A DNA stretch of 45,114 nt from Patescibacteria group bacterium (GTDB lineage Bacteria > Patescibacteriota > Minisyncoccia > Portnoybacterales > UBA2143). The position numbers were made by a program, and so were the translations under genes. Positions 1-8,371 of this stretch are shown one piece after another (within the stretch, counting starts at the first letter, position 1; each line of letters opens with the position of its first letter). The notes under the pieces are model-generated. The model was given only the letters and a program-made list of their open reading frames with translations. It searched no databases and was not told where the DNA came from. The stretch spans positions 1-45,114 of the forward strand of contig JAHJQT010000032.1 in assembly GCA_018819085.1 (NCBI GenBank). The letters run 5' to 3'.

Positions 1-126
1 CAGACGTTGTTACGCCAAAGCATCAGGTCTGAAAAGACGAGCTCCTACATTCGAATCTACGAACGAAAAAGTCGGACTGATCCGTGGGAAGTCGTCAAAC
101 AATCGTAAGACCGCACTTTCACATAA
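1..126 (+). other. GC-rich segment at the window edge. It is either the 3' end of an unidentified structured RNA or the C-terminus of a protein (frame 1 is open to a stop at about 111).
   Basis: GC content is about 48% against about 30% background. An intrinsic terminator follows directly. The element is truncated by the window edge, so it cannot be classified. Confidence 0.2.
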
Positions 127-160
127 CTCGCCATGTCTAAGACCTCTGGCGAGTTTTTTC
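127..160 (+). terminator. Rho-independent terminator
   Basis: Stem ctcgcca / tggcgag (7 bp) with a 13-nt loop, followed by TTTTTT. Confidence 0.6.
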
Positions 161-196
161 TTTTCTTGATTTTAATCAAAGAATTTGCCGCCAAAT

Positions 197-226
197 CAGA
201 AAATTTTTAAATTGAAAAATTTTCTG
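197..226. promoter_or_regulatory. Perfect 12-bp inverted repeat (cagaaaattttt-N6-aaaaattttctg), operator-like. A second short inverted repeat, gagtta/taactc, lies at 231-246.
   Basis: Palindrome read directly from the sequence, upstream of the CDS at 401. Confidence 0.4.
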
Positions 227-292
227 AAATGAGTTATGATTAACTCATAGAAAAACTTGAAATCGTCCAATCCGAAAGGGTCGCTTCTGCGT

Positions 293-329
293 GCGGGCGG
301 AAGGGGGGTTTGGGGGGAATTCCGCCCGC
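293..329 (+). other. GC-rich hairpin gcgggcgg...ccgcccgc enclosing two G6 tracts (GGGGGGtttGGGGGG)
   Basis: 8-bp GC stem read from the sequence. It is G-rich and anomalous in an AT-rich genome, and sits in the 5' region of the CDS at 401. Confidence 0.35.
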
Positions 330-400
330 CCTACAAATTTTTGGCGAAATCAGTTCGAATTTTTTCGAACGCACACCGCCAAATAAAAATAAAAAACACT

Positions 401-1003
401 ATGTCTAATATTATTAACCTAAAAGAAAAAGAAGTCCCGATGCAAAAGCCATCGAGGATCCTCGACGCTGAAAGCGTCGGGAAAAAACAGGTTAAAAAAC
501 CTGAACCAATTAAACAGAAAAAAACACCTGTTTTGAAAGAATCAAAAACACATTTAGAGTGGACAACTCCTGAATTTGAGTATTATAAGAATAGTCAAAG
601 CTGGTTTATTACCATAGGGGTAATTGCCGGAATATTATTAATTATAGCTATTTTTACAAAAAACTTCTTATTTGGATTACTTATTGGAATAAGCTATTTC
701 CTAATAACCACCTATTCATTAAAAAAACCAGATAATGTAAAATTATCAATTAGTCCTAAAGGAGTTAAAATAAATAATACACTTTATGAATTTGAAAATC
801 TAAGATCATTCTGGATTTTCTATGACCTTCCTGAAATAAAAGAATTGAGTTTAAGAAGTAAAAAAACAATTATGCCGTATGTTAGAGTGCCTATCGGAGA
901 TGAAAACCCTGTTGAAATCAGAAGAATCTTAATTAAGTATCTTCCTGAAAAAAAACATAAAGAATCCGCAATTGATAATTTAGCAAGAAATTTAAAATTC
1001 TAA
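401..1003 (+). CDS. Hypothetical membrane protein with two TM helices followed by a soluble, possibly bPH-like domain. The ORF-track start at 257 is a TTG in non-coding-looking sequence; ATG at 401 is preferred.
   Basis: Hydrophobic stretches IGVIAGILLIIAIF and LFGLLIGISYFLI. The ORF is continuous. Confidence 0.5.
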   Translation: MSNIINLKEKEVPMQKPSRILDAESVGKKQVKKPEPIKQKKTPVLKESKTHLEWTTPEFEYYKNSQSWFITIGVIAGILLIIAIFTKNFLFGLLIGISYFLITTYSLKKPDNVKLSISPKGVKINNTLYEFENLRSFWIFYDLPEIKELSLRSKKTIMPYVRVPIGDENPVEIRRILIKYLPEKKHKESAIDNLARNLKF

Positions 1004-1007
1004 TCAA

Positions 1008-1083
1008 GCGCCCATAGCTCAGTGGATAGAGTGCTTCCTTGCGGAGGAAGAAGTCGTAGGTTCAAGTCCTACTGGGCGTACCA
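1008..1083 (+). tRNA. tRNA-Arg, anticodon GCG, encoded CCA
   Basis: Manual cloverleaf fold: acceptor gcgccca/tgggcgt, anticodon stem cttcc/ggaag, loop ttGCGga, T-loop ttcaagt. Confidence 0.6.
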
Positions 1084-3135
1084 ATGTTATCTTTATCAAC
1101 TAAAATAGAATCTCTGAATAAAGTAGGTCCTGCTTATTTGAAAAAGCTTCATAAGCTTAATATCAAAACAATACAGGACCTATTTTTTCATTTTCCTCAT
1201 CGTTATGAAGATTTTAGTAAAAGAACTTCAATAAGCGAATTAAAAGAAGGTGAAAAAGCAACTATTCAAGCTGAAATTGTTGAAATTAAAAATACACGAC
1301 TTTTCCATAGAAAAATGTCTTTAACTGAAGCATTAGTTAAAGATAATACTGGCATGATTAAAGTTACTTGGTTTAATCAGCCATATTTAATTGAAACTTT
1401 AAAAAAGGGAAAAATCGCTAATTTTTCAGGAAAATTAAGTTTTTATAAAAAAACACTTTGTCTTTCTAATCCTGTTTATGAATTAGCAAAAAAAGAAACT
1501 ACGCACACTGGGAGATTAGTTCCTATCTATCCAGAAACAGAAGGAATTAGTTCTCGTTATTTAAGATTTTTAATAAAACCACTACTATATCTAACAGAAC
1601 AACTTGATGATTTTTTACCTACTCAGGTGAAAAATAAATTCAATTTAATGGATTTAGCTCAAGCTATTGAACAAATTCATTTTCCTAAAAATTTTTTATT
1701 AGAAAAAAAGGCTCGTAAGCGTTTAGCTTTTAATGAGCTTTTTTTAATCCAATTAGCTTCCCTTCAGCAAAAGCAAAAAATATTTAAAGAAAAAGCTATT
1801 AAATTACTATTTGATAAAAAATTAATCAAACCTTTTGTTGATAACCTACCTTTTAAATTAACTGATGATCAAAAAATAGCTGCTTGGGAAATATTTCAAG
1901 ATATAGTTAAGAATAAACCTATGAATCGCCTACTTAACGGAGATGTTGGATCTGGTAAAACTATTGTCGCAATTATGGTAGCCTTAGCAGTCGCTAAACA
2001 AAAATATCAAGTAGCAATAATGACTCCAACTGAAATTCTAGCTAAACAGCATTTTCAAACATTTAAAGATATGCTTAAAAATCAAAAGATAAAGATAGCT
2101 TTGTTAACTAGCAGTTCTGTTAAAAAAGCAGAATTAAAGAAAGAAATAACTCAAGGTAAAATAGATATTATTATCGGAACGCACGCAATCATACAAAAAG
2201 ATGTTTCTTTTAAAAATCTTGCTATGGCTATTGTTGATGAACAACATAGATTTGGTGTAGCTCAAAGAGCTGCTTTACAGAAAAAAATTTGCCAAATAGA
2301 TGATGGATTAAAAACTATTCCACATTTACTTTCAATGACAGCTACTCCTATTCCACGCACTTTAGCTTTAACGATTTATGGCGATCTTGATATTTCATTA
2401 ATTAAAGAGCTACCTAAAGGCAGACAGAAAATTATAACTAAAATTGTTTCTCCGAAAAATAGGGATAAAACATATAATTTTATTAAAGAACAGATAAAAG
2501 AAAAAAGGCAAGTTTTTGTTATTTGTCCTTTAATTGAAGAATCAAATAAATTAACAGAAATTAAATCTGTAACACAAGAATACGAGAAATTATCAAAAAA
2601 TGTTTTTCCAGAATTTAAATTAGCTATGCTTCATGGCAAATTGAAACCCAAAGAAAAAGAAAAAATTATGGATGAATTTAAAAAAGCAAAAACAGATATA
2701 TTGATTTCCACTTCAGTTGTAGAAGTCGGCGTTGATATTCCTAATGCCACTGTAATGATTATAGAAGGAGCTGACAGATTTGGACTAGCGCAATTACACC
2801 AGTTTAGAGGACGAATCGGTAGAGAAAAAGTACAATCACATTGCTTCTTATTCACTGATTCCAACGCTCAAAAAACCAATATGAGATTAAAAGCAATATT
2901 AACAGCTAAAGATGGATTTGAACTGGCTGAAAAAGATTTAAAAATCAGAGGAGCTGGTGATTTTATTGGAACTAGACAATGGGGACTGCCTGATTTAGTA
3001 ATGGCCTCATTAAATGATTTAGAATTAATAAAAAAATCCCGCGAGGTAGCAGAAATGATTTTAAAAAATAATCTTATTAATCAAACTATGAAATTGAAAT
3101 TAAAAGATCTTAATAAAGATATTCATTTGGAATAA
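1084..3135 (+). CDS. recG: ATP-dependent DNA helicase RecG
   Basis: Walker A GDVGSGKT, DEQH box (VDEQHRFGV), helicase C motifs (QLHQFRGRIGR), and an N-terminal wedge region. The ATG directly abuts the CCA of the tRNA. Confidence 0.85.
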   Translation: MLSLSTKIESLNKVGPAYLKKLHKLNIKTIQDLFFHFPHRYEDFSKRTSISELKEGEKATIQAEIVEIKNTRLFHRKMSLTEALVKDNTGMIKVTWFNQPYLIETLKKGKIANFSGKLSFYKKTLCLSNPVYELAKKETTHTGRLVPIYPETEGISSRYLRFLIKPLLYLTEQLDDFLPTQVKNKFNLMDLAQAIEQIHFPKNFLLEKKARKRLAFNELFLIQLASLQQKQKIFKEKAIKLLFDKKLIKPFVDNLPFKLTDDQKIAAWEIFQDIVKNKPMNRLLNGDVGSGKTIVAIMVALAVAKQKYQVAIMTPTEILAKQHFQTFKDMLKNQKIKIALLTSSSVKKAELKKEITQGKIDIIIGTHAIIQKDVSFKNLAMAIVDEQHRFGVAQRAALQKKICQIDDGLKTIPHLLSMTATPIPRTLALTIYGDLDISLIKELPKGRQKIITKIVSPKNRDKTYNFIKEQIKEKRQVFVICPLIEESNKLTEIKSVTQEYEKLSKNVFPEFKLAMLHGKLKPKEKEKIMDEFKKAKTDILISTSVVEVGVDIPNATVMIIEGADRFGLAQLHQFRGRIGREKVQSHCFLFTDSNAQKTNMRLKAILTAKDGFELAEKDLKIRGAGDFIGTRQWGLPDLVMASLNDLELIKKSREVAEMILKNNLINQTMKLKLKDLNKDIHLE

Positions 3136-3138
3136 AAA

Positions 3139-3166
3139 TTGACAAGAAGATAATTAATGTTATAAG
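3139..3166 (+). promoter_or_regulatory. Sigma-70-like promoter: TTGACA-16-TATAAG
   Basis: Near-consensus hexamers upstream of an AAGGAG RBS and the ATG at 3232. Confidence 0.5.
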
Positions 3167-3231
3167 ATTGAGATATAAAAGACAGGGTTGTTCTTTATTA
3201 ATTTTTTCTTTATTTAGACAAGGAGACAAAT

Positions 3232-3627
3232 ATGAAATGGAAGCATAGGAAAATATCTAGATCAGAAGCAGAAAGTCTCCTGAGAGAAAGAGAGAAAGAA
3301 CTTCTCCAAGGGTTATCTCGGTCAACCAAGAATCAACTTCTGAGATTACAAGGAAGGGAGAATTCTTCTCCGCGGGAATTAGGAGTCCACAGGATATTGT
3401 CTCAATTAAATTATGAGGCATGGATTTCCCTACAGGAAGCGAAAAGAACAATTCAAAATGGGGATTGGGGAATTTGCGAATGTGGGAAGCAAATCCCCGA
3501 AGCAAGATTAAGAATCTTCCCTGAAACAGAAATCTGCACGAAGTGCAAATCACTGCACGAAAAAACGGCTCTATTCAAATTGCCTCTGTTCCGCATGGTC
3601 GCCTACTCAGGAATAGGCGCCAGGTAA
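3232..3627 (+). CDS. DksA/TraR family C4 zinc-finger protein
   Basis: CxC-N17-CxxC motif (CECGKQIPEARLRIFPETEICTKC). Strong RBS. Confidence 0.6.
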   Translation: MKWKHRKISRSEAESLLREREKELLQGLSRSTKNQLLRLQGRENSSPRELGVHRILSQLNYEAWISLQEAKRTIQNGDWGICECGKQIPEARLRIFPETEICTKCKSLHEKTALFKLPLFRMVAYSGIGAR

Positions 3628-3711
3628 TATTTTGCATGATGATCGAGCGGGCGTACGCAGCTCTCGAGACACTCGCTCATTAGGCAAGGAAGAAATCCCT
3701 GTCTTGAATTA

Positions 3712-3762
3712 GCCGGAAAGGTATCGCGGAAACAAAAGCGATACCTTCCGGCTTCTTTTTTT
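3712..3762 (+). terminator. Strong intrinsic terminator between convergent genes
   Basis: Stem gccggaaaggtatcgc / gcgataccttccggc of about 15 bp, followed by a T-run. Confidence 0.7.
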
Positions 3763-5329
3763 ATTTCTTCTTTGGAGTTACCCAAAATCCCATATATTTT
3801 CCAATCATTAAGCGTGTTTGAGCTTCTAATCCTGGAATAGCTCCAAAGATAAGAATAGTAAAAGGAACCAAAATCCATTGAATAATCATACCAAAACTTT
3901 TTAAAAATCCTTTAATTCCATCATATTTATCCGGCCGTTTAGGCAAAAGCAAAGTACTATAAATAGCTGAACCGATTAATCCAATCATAGCTATCGTCAT
4001 TAATGTCCTAGTAATCCTTGGGAGATTATATGATAAAAGAGTAATATTAAATTTATCGCCTCCTAAATATAAAGGTAGCCAGCCAAGAAGAAAAATAAGC
4101 AAAGCATTAGTTGCCCAAGACCAAAAACCCTCAAGTTGAATCCATATCCAATGGATTTTTTTTCTTAAATTAATTTTCTTATTTTTATAAAAACCAAAAA
4201 ACAAAAAAGGAATATTTTCAACTCCCCATCCCCAACGCCTTTGTTGAATATAAACATTAAGAGACGTTTTAAAAAAACTATCTGATAAATTGGCATCCAT
4301 AGAAACAGGATAATTTAATGGAATAACTTTATAATCCCCATCATAATAAAGTAAATTCTGCCAAAATATACGAGAATCTTCAGAAACCATATTAACTGGC
4401 CAAAAATCAACTTCATTTAATGCAGTAAAACTCATTGATTGAGAAGAAAAAGTAGAAAGACGTTCTGGTCTTCCTTGTTGAATCATTTGCCAAAAAGTTC
4501 CTGAAGTTGCAACTACTCTAGAAATACAAGGTGCTTGCCAAATATTATTATTATAAACAGGTATAGGTTGATAGCTCGTTCTAGTTGGATTTTTAGTAGT
4601 CAAATAATGATAAGTTAAACAAGAAAAATATTTAGGATAAACTTGAGTATCAATATCAAAACAAGAAACAATAATATTTTCATAAGGAATTTTACCCCGC
4701 TCGGCGGGGTTTACATCTATTAATTCTTTCTTTGCTTGACGAGCTGCCCAAGTTGAATTAGCTCCTTTGCCAGCTAATTCACCAACAATATCTTTTGGAT
4801 GAATTGTAATTAAAAATTTATAAAAACTATCAGAATATTCTTTTTTTATTCTTTCGGCTATTTCTTGCGCAGGTTTTCCAGCTCTTTCTTCGGTCGCTAA
4901 AATAATCATCATCTTATTATTAGGATATTCCGTATCAAGTACCGCTTGAACAGTTTTTTTAACTAATTCATAAGGCTCTTTGTAAATTGGCAGAATTATT
5001 AAATGATAATAATCTTTGTAATCTTTATCTTTAATCGCTCTTAATTTTTCCATCCAGTTAATTCTTATATTATCTTGCATTTGCTTATAACTAATCCTCA
5101 AATGAAAAGATAAATAAACTGTTTTTAAAACCCAATAAACATCAAAAGTGATGATAAAAATTGCTACAAAAGCTGGGCTAATCCAAGATAAAAAAAACAC
5201 TCCCAAAAGAGTGAACCAGGCTAATGCTCCTGGTAAAATTTCAAAAGCCCGATAAATCATTCTTTCTTTCGGACTTTTTAAATCAGTTGCTTTTCCTAAT
5301 TTTAAATAATATTTATCTTTAGAAAGCAT
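3761..5329 (-). CDS. Family-2 glycosyltransferase, processive cellulose-synthase-like membrane GT
   Basis: D-rich GT-A motifs (FDIDTQ), the QxxRW motif (QQRRWGWG), and multiple TM helices. Confidence 0.65.
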   Translation of the reverse strand: MLSKDKYYLKLGKATDLKSPKERMIYRAFEILPGALAWFTLLGVFFLSWISPAFVAIFIITFDVYWVLKTVYLSFHLRISYKQMQDNIRINWMEKLRAIKDKDYKDYYHLIILPIYKEPYELVKKTVQAVLDTEYPNNKMMIILATEERAGKPAQEIAERIKKEYSDSFYKFLITIHPKDIVGELAGKGANSTWAARQAKKELIDVNPAERGKIPYENIIVSCFDIDTQVYPKYFSCLTYHYLTTKNPTRTSYQPIPVYNNNIWQAPCISRVVATSGTFWQMIQQGRPERLSTFSSQSMSFTALNEVDFWPVNMVSEDSRIFWQNLLYYDGDYKVIPLNYPVSMDANLSDSFFKTSLNVYIQQRRWGWGVENIPFLFFGFYKNKKINLRKKIHWIWIQLEGFWSWATNALLIFLLGWLPLYLGGDKFNITLLSYNLPRITRTLMTIAMIGLIGSAIYSTLLLPKRPDKYDGIKGFLKSFGMIIQWILVPFTILIFGAIPGLEAQTRLMIGKYMGFWVTPKKK

Positions 5330-5337
5330 GCTTGTAG

Positions 5338-5412
5338 TCTATTGTATTGAGAATTTGAAAACTATAATTGAAGAAATTCAGAAATGGTGTTTAGTAATTC
5401 CTGAATTAACTA
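5338..5412 (-). repeat. Conserved leader element, family 1, copy a, immediately 5' of the GT2 gene
   Basis: About 85% identical over about 75 nt to 6636..6710. Both copies abut an ATG start. Confidence 0.7.
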
Positions 5413-5433
5413 GACTATAGTTAGTATAGCAAT

Positions 5434-6177
5434 TTAATTTAAACTTTTAAAGTCCTTATCAAGAAACTTTCCTACTACATTATTTACTTCAACAATAATA
5501 TCCTCATGACGCCTATAATCATGCTCTGAATTTAGTTCATGTATAATTTTTGGCTCTAATACTGCTCGATAAGTCGTTTTTACATCTTCTGGCTCAACTA
5601 ATATGTCCTTAGTACCATAAAAAAATAACTTTGGTTTGGAACATTCTTTTAAACCATCGAGTATATTATGTTTAGTTGCATCTTCAAAATAGTTAAGAGG
5701 TAAATCAAATCTTTTTTTATTTTCCATATCATTGGGTGGCATATCTCTATACGATATTTTTACACCATCAGTTAATTTACTCTCATCAAATTCACTTGGA
5801 CCTGCATGAGACATAACCGCTATAATATGAGTCACATATTCGTTACTGGGGCCTGCAAGCATAGCCATACTTCCACCTCTACTGTGTCCCATTAGAATTG
5901 TCGGCTTATTACCAAAAAGATCAATTAATTCATTGATTGCTTTTAGATAATTGGTCATTGTATACAAATCAATACTACCAGGACTTTCCCATGTGCCAGG
6001 AGGATCAAAAGAAAAAGCAAAATATCCTTTATTCGATAGATAATCAACGTGACTAGTCATATGAGCGTAATCTTTTGTATCTAATTGACCTGGTAATAAA
6101 ATAGCAAGCTTAGAAGAAGTCTTATCCCCACGTGAATAGACTGCTAGTTCAAAACTTTTAGTTTTCAATATTTCCAT
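5434..6177 (-). CDS. Alpha/beta-fold hydrolase
   Basis: Nucleophile elbow GHSRGG. The Asp and His are positioned downstream as expected. Confidence 0.6.
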   Translation of the reverse strand: MEILKTKSFELAVYSRGDKTSSKLAILLPGQLDTKDYAHMTSHVDYLSNKGYFAFSFDPPGTWESPGSIDLYTMTNYLKAINELIDLFGNKPTILMGHSRGGSMAMLAGPSNEYVTHIIAVMSHAGPSEFDESKLTDGVKISYRDMPPNDMENKKRFDLPLNYFEDATKHNILDGLKECSKPKLFFYGTKDILVEPEDVKTTYRAVLEPKIIHELNSEHDYRRHEDIIVEVNNVVGKFLDKDFKSLN

Positions 6178-6217
6178 ATTTTAATTTATTAAAAAATATC
6201 ATAAAGAAAAAAATTAA

Positions 6218-6628
6218 TTATAACAATTTTTCTAAATCACAAAGAATATTATCTAAGTCAGAATCTAATATTTTTGCGGTATCAATAAAATTTCCTCTTT
6301 TTTTATTCCAATGAGCTACGAAATTACATCTCTGATCAATAATATATTTAATAATCTCTTCTTTTTTAATAGACTTATAATTAGCATTATTTTTTAATTC
6401 TGTGTTTTCAAATGAAATAGCTCTTGTATCTCTATCAAAAAGATTAGCTACTCTTATAATTAAATAATCCTGTAATATTCTGTTTAGTTTTCCTAATTCG
6501 TTTTCATTGCCAGAAATCACAGGAGTGGTCCATTCCAAAACAAGTTCCGAATTTGTATTTCGTAACATCTTTAAAGCTTCCTTGCAGTTTCTTATTATAT
6601 ATAATAACTGACCAAAATATCCAGTCAT
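6218..6628 (-). CDS. Hypothetical protein, possible HEPN-domain protein
   Basis: C-terminal RCNFVAH fits the Rx4-6H HEPN motif. Co-transcribed with the hydrolase. Confidence 0.3.
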   Translation of the reverse strand: MTGYFGQLLYIIRNCKEALKMLRNTNSELVLEWTTPVISGNENELGKLNRILQDYLIIRVANLFDRDTRAISFENTELKNNANYKSIKKEEIIKYIIDQRCNFVAHWNKKRGNFIDTAKILDSDLDNILCDLEKLL

Positions 6629-6635
6629 ATCACGT

Positions 6636-6710
6636 TCTATTGTATTGAGAATTTAAAAACTATAGTCCAAGAAATCCAGAAATGGCATATAGTAATTCAT
6701 GAGATTACTA
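6636..6710 (-). repeat. Conserved leader element, family 1, copy b, 5' of the HEPN-like gene
   Basis: Aligns with 5338..5412. Confidence 0.7.
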
Positions 6711-6727
6711 CATACAGGAATTGAACG

Positions 6728-7258
6728 TTAATCTTTGTCTTTAGGAATTAATGAAGCCACAGGCCCTACACACAAAAATGAATCGTTCATTTTGTCGCCA
6801 AATTCGAAATCCTTAGATAACACTTTTTTACAGGCCTCAACAAAGTCAAAATAAAAATATTCTATAACAAACACTTTTAACTCTTTTCCATCTGTTTTTA
6901 CATAATCTGGATGTTTCTTATATGGATGTACTCCATAAGGATCATTCTTGTTTTGAGTCACAATTATAGTCCCTGGACCAGACATATGAACCATACCACA
7001 TCTTAAATTAGAATACATCTGCTTTCTCAAATCGTGATAGCGCTCTGGGAACAATTCAATAATAGCATTTTCAAAATGTTTTTTACTAAGTCCAGGCTTT
7101 CTCCATTCACACTTAGAATCTATACATTTCCCTAAAAACTCGATTCCACTACAAACCAATAGAAAAGACATGTAAGGATCAATAAGAATAATTTCTCCTA
7201 ACTTTTCGATAAAGTGCTCTTTGATGAAGTCCTTAGGGTAGATATCCCTTTGTAACAT
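6728..7258 (-). CDS. Hypothetical protein (176 aa)
   Basis: ORF with an ATG. Downstream of the 64-aa gene in the same operon. Confidence 0.4.
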   Translation of the reverse strand: MLQRDIYPKDFIKEHFIEKLGEIILIDPYMSFLLVCSGIEFLGKCIDSKCEWRKPGLSKKHFENAIIELFPERYHDLRKQMYSNLRCGMVHMSGPGTIIVTQNKNDPYGVHPYKKHPDYVKTDGKELKVFVIEYFYFDFVEACKKVLSKDFEFGDKMNDSFLCVGPVASLIPKDKD

Positions 7259-7310
7259 AATATTCTCTTCTTAATTATCCCTACTGCCATTGCAGTTTTA
7301 CAGGAAGCCA

Positions 7311-7505
7311 TTATTTTTTCTTTTTTTTATCAATCTCCTTGGCTTTATTAACTAGATAAGAAGCCACATCCCATGGTTTTTTCTTTGCGACCTTATAATT
7401 ATCTATATTTTTATGGCGGATAAAGAAAATAAGATCGTTAGTTTTTTCTCTTTTTCTATTCCAACCAACAATAAATCCTTCTGATTCTTTAATTTTTTTA
7501 GGCAT
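7311..7505 (-). CDS. Small basic hypothetical protein (64 aa)
   Basis: ORF with a lysine-rich C-terminus. Preceded by the family-2 leader. Confidence 0.35.
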   Translation of the reverse strand: MPKKIKESEGFIVGWNRKREKTNDLIFFIRHKNIDNYKVAKKKPWDVASYLVNKAKEIDKKKKK

Positions 7506-7523
7506 AGATTAATATTTGATCAT

Positions 7524-7582
7524 TTTTATATCCCAAACCTCTCTTTAGAATCAATTCATCTTTAAATTAAATTTAACAAAAA
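7524..7582 (-). repeat. Conserved leader element, family 2, copy a
   Basis: About 85% identical to 8299..8357 (tttttatatYccaaaYctc...agaatcaattca.ctttaRa.taaatttaacaa). Confidence 0.65.
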
Positions 7583-7657
7583 AAAATATAACCAAAAACA
7601 AACTGAAAAACTACTGGCAGGACTCTTAATTTAAGAGTATCTCTTTATGAAAAATAA

Positions 7658-8287
7658 TTACTTCACGATGATTTTTTTTGTCTCTACGCCAAAAATTTCT
7701 CTTAGATGACCATCAACAAGCGTATCGTAAGTATCACATTCTTTAACTAGCTCTTTATTAACTATGTTTGATTCAGATAAACTTAATAAACTGACGTTAC
7801 TACCAAAATCCCTTAAACGTTTACACAGAGGAATAAAATCAGAGTCATTAGTTAACAAAAATAACCTCTCTAATTTACCAGTTGCCGATAACTGCAATGC
7901 GTCACAACATAACTCAGTATCAACCCCTTTTTCACTTTTGCTACACCTATCACGATACTTACTAGGTACAGTCTTCAAAAATTCATCATAACCCTTTGAC
8001 CCCCGTAATTTTCCGCCACAATACTTAAAATAAACATCTCTTATTAATCCTGGTTCTTTAAAATCTGGCAATGACAGATACTCTTCAATACGTGGATCAC
8101 CTTTAGCAAAATAATAAACAGCTCTCTTATACTGTCCGTTATGCAAATCTCTTAAATTAAGTATAAAATGATGGATCAATTTCAAAGGATCTAATTTATG
8201 TTCTTTGAAATTTTCTCTCTTCTTCTGAAGAACATAAATTTGAGAGATTAAAGCAGAACCATCTATAAAAAAATAATTACTAATCAT
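7658..8287 (-). CDS. NYN-domain (LabA/PIN-like) putative ribonuclease
   Basis: Motifs FIDGSAL, KGVDTELCCD and LLTNDSDFIPL. Confidence 0.65.
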   Translation of the reverse strand: MISNYFFIDGSALISQIYVLQKKRENFKEHKLDPLKLIHHFILNLRDLHNGQYKRAVYYFAKGDPRIEEYLSLPDFKEPGLIRDVYFKYCGGKLRGSKGYDEFLKTVPSKYRDRCSKSEKGVDTELCCDALQLSATGKLERLFLLTNDSDFIPLCKRLRDFGSNVSLLSLSESNIVNKELVKECDTYDTLVDGHLREIFGVETKKIIVK

Positions 8288-8298
8288 AATTTAAATTC

Positions 8299-8357
8299 TT
8301 TTTATATTCCAAATCTCAGTCCAGAATCAATTCAGCTTTAGAATAAATTTAACAATA
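8299..8357 (-). repeat. Conserved leader element, family 2, copy b
   Basis: Aligns with 7524..7582. Contains TTGATT-18-TATAAA; the TATAAA ends about 12 nt upstream of the ATG. Confidence 0.65.
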
Positions 8358-8371
8358 CCCTAGATAAAACA

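Noticed and set aside
257-400. N-terminal 48 aa of the ORF-track product 257..1003 (MKSSNPKGSLLRAGGRGVWGEF...)
   Set aside because: It begins at a TTG. It runs through a GC hairpin and operator-like palindromes, and its composition is unlike the rest of the protein. ATG at 401 is used instead.
2631-2864. Short antisense or overlapping ORFs inside recG, the DksA gene, the GHKL gene, gyrA and other genes (for example 3257..3553, 3603..3878, 9684..10682 and 31135..31422)
   Set aside because: They are embedded in or antisense to strongly supported genes, have low-complexity composition and lack RBSs.
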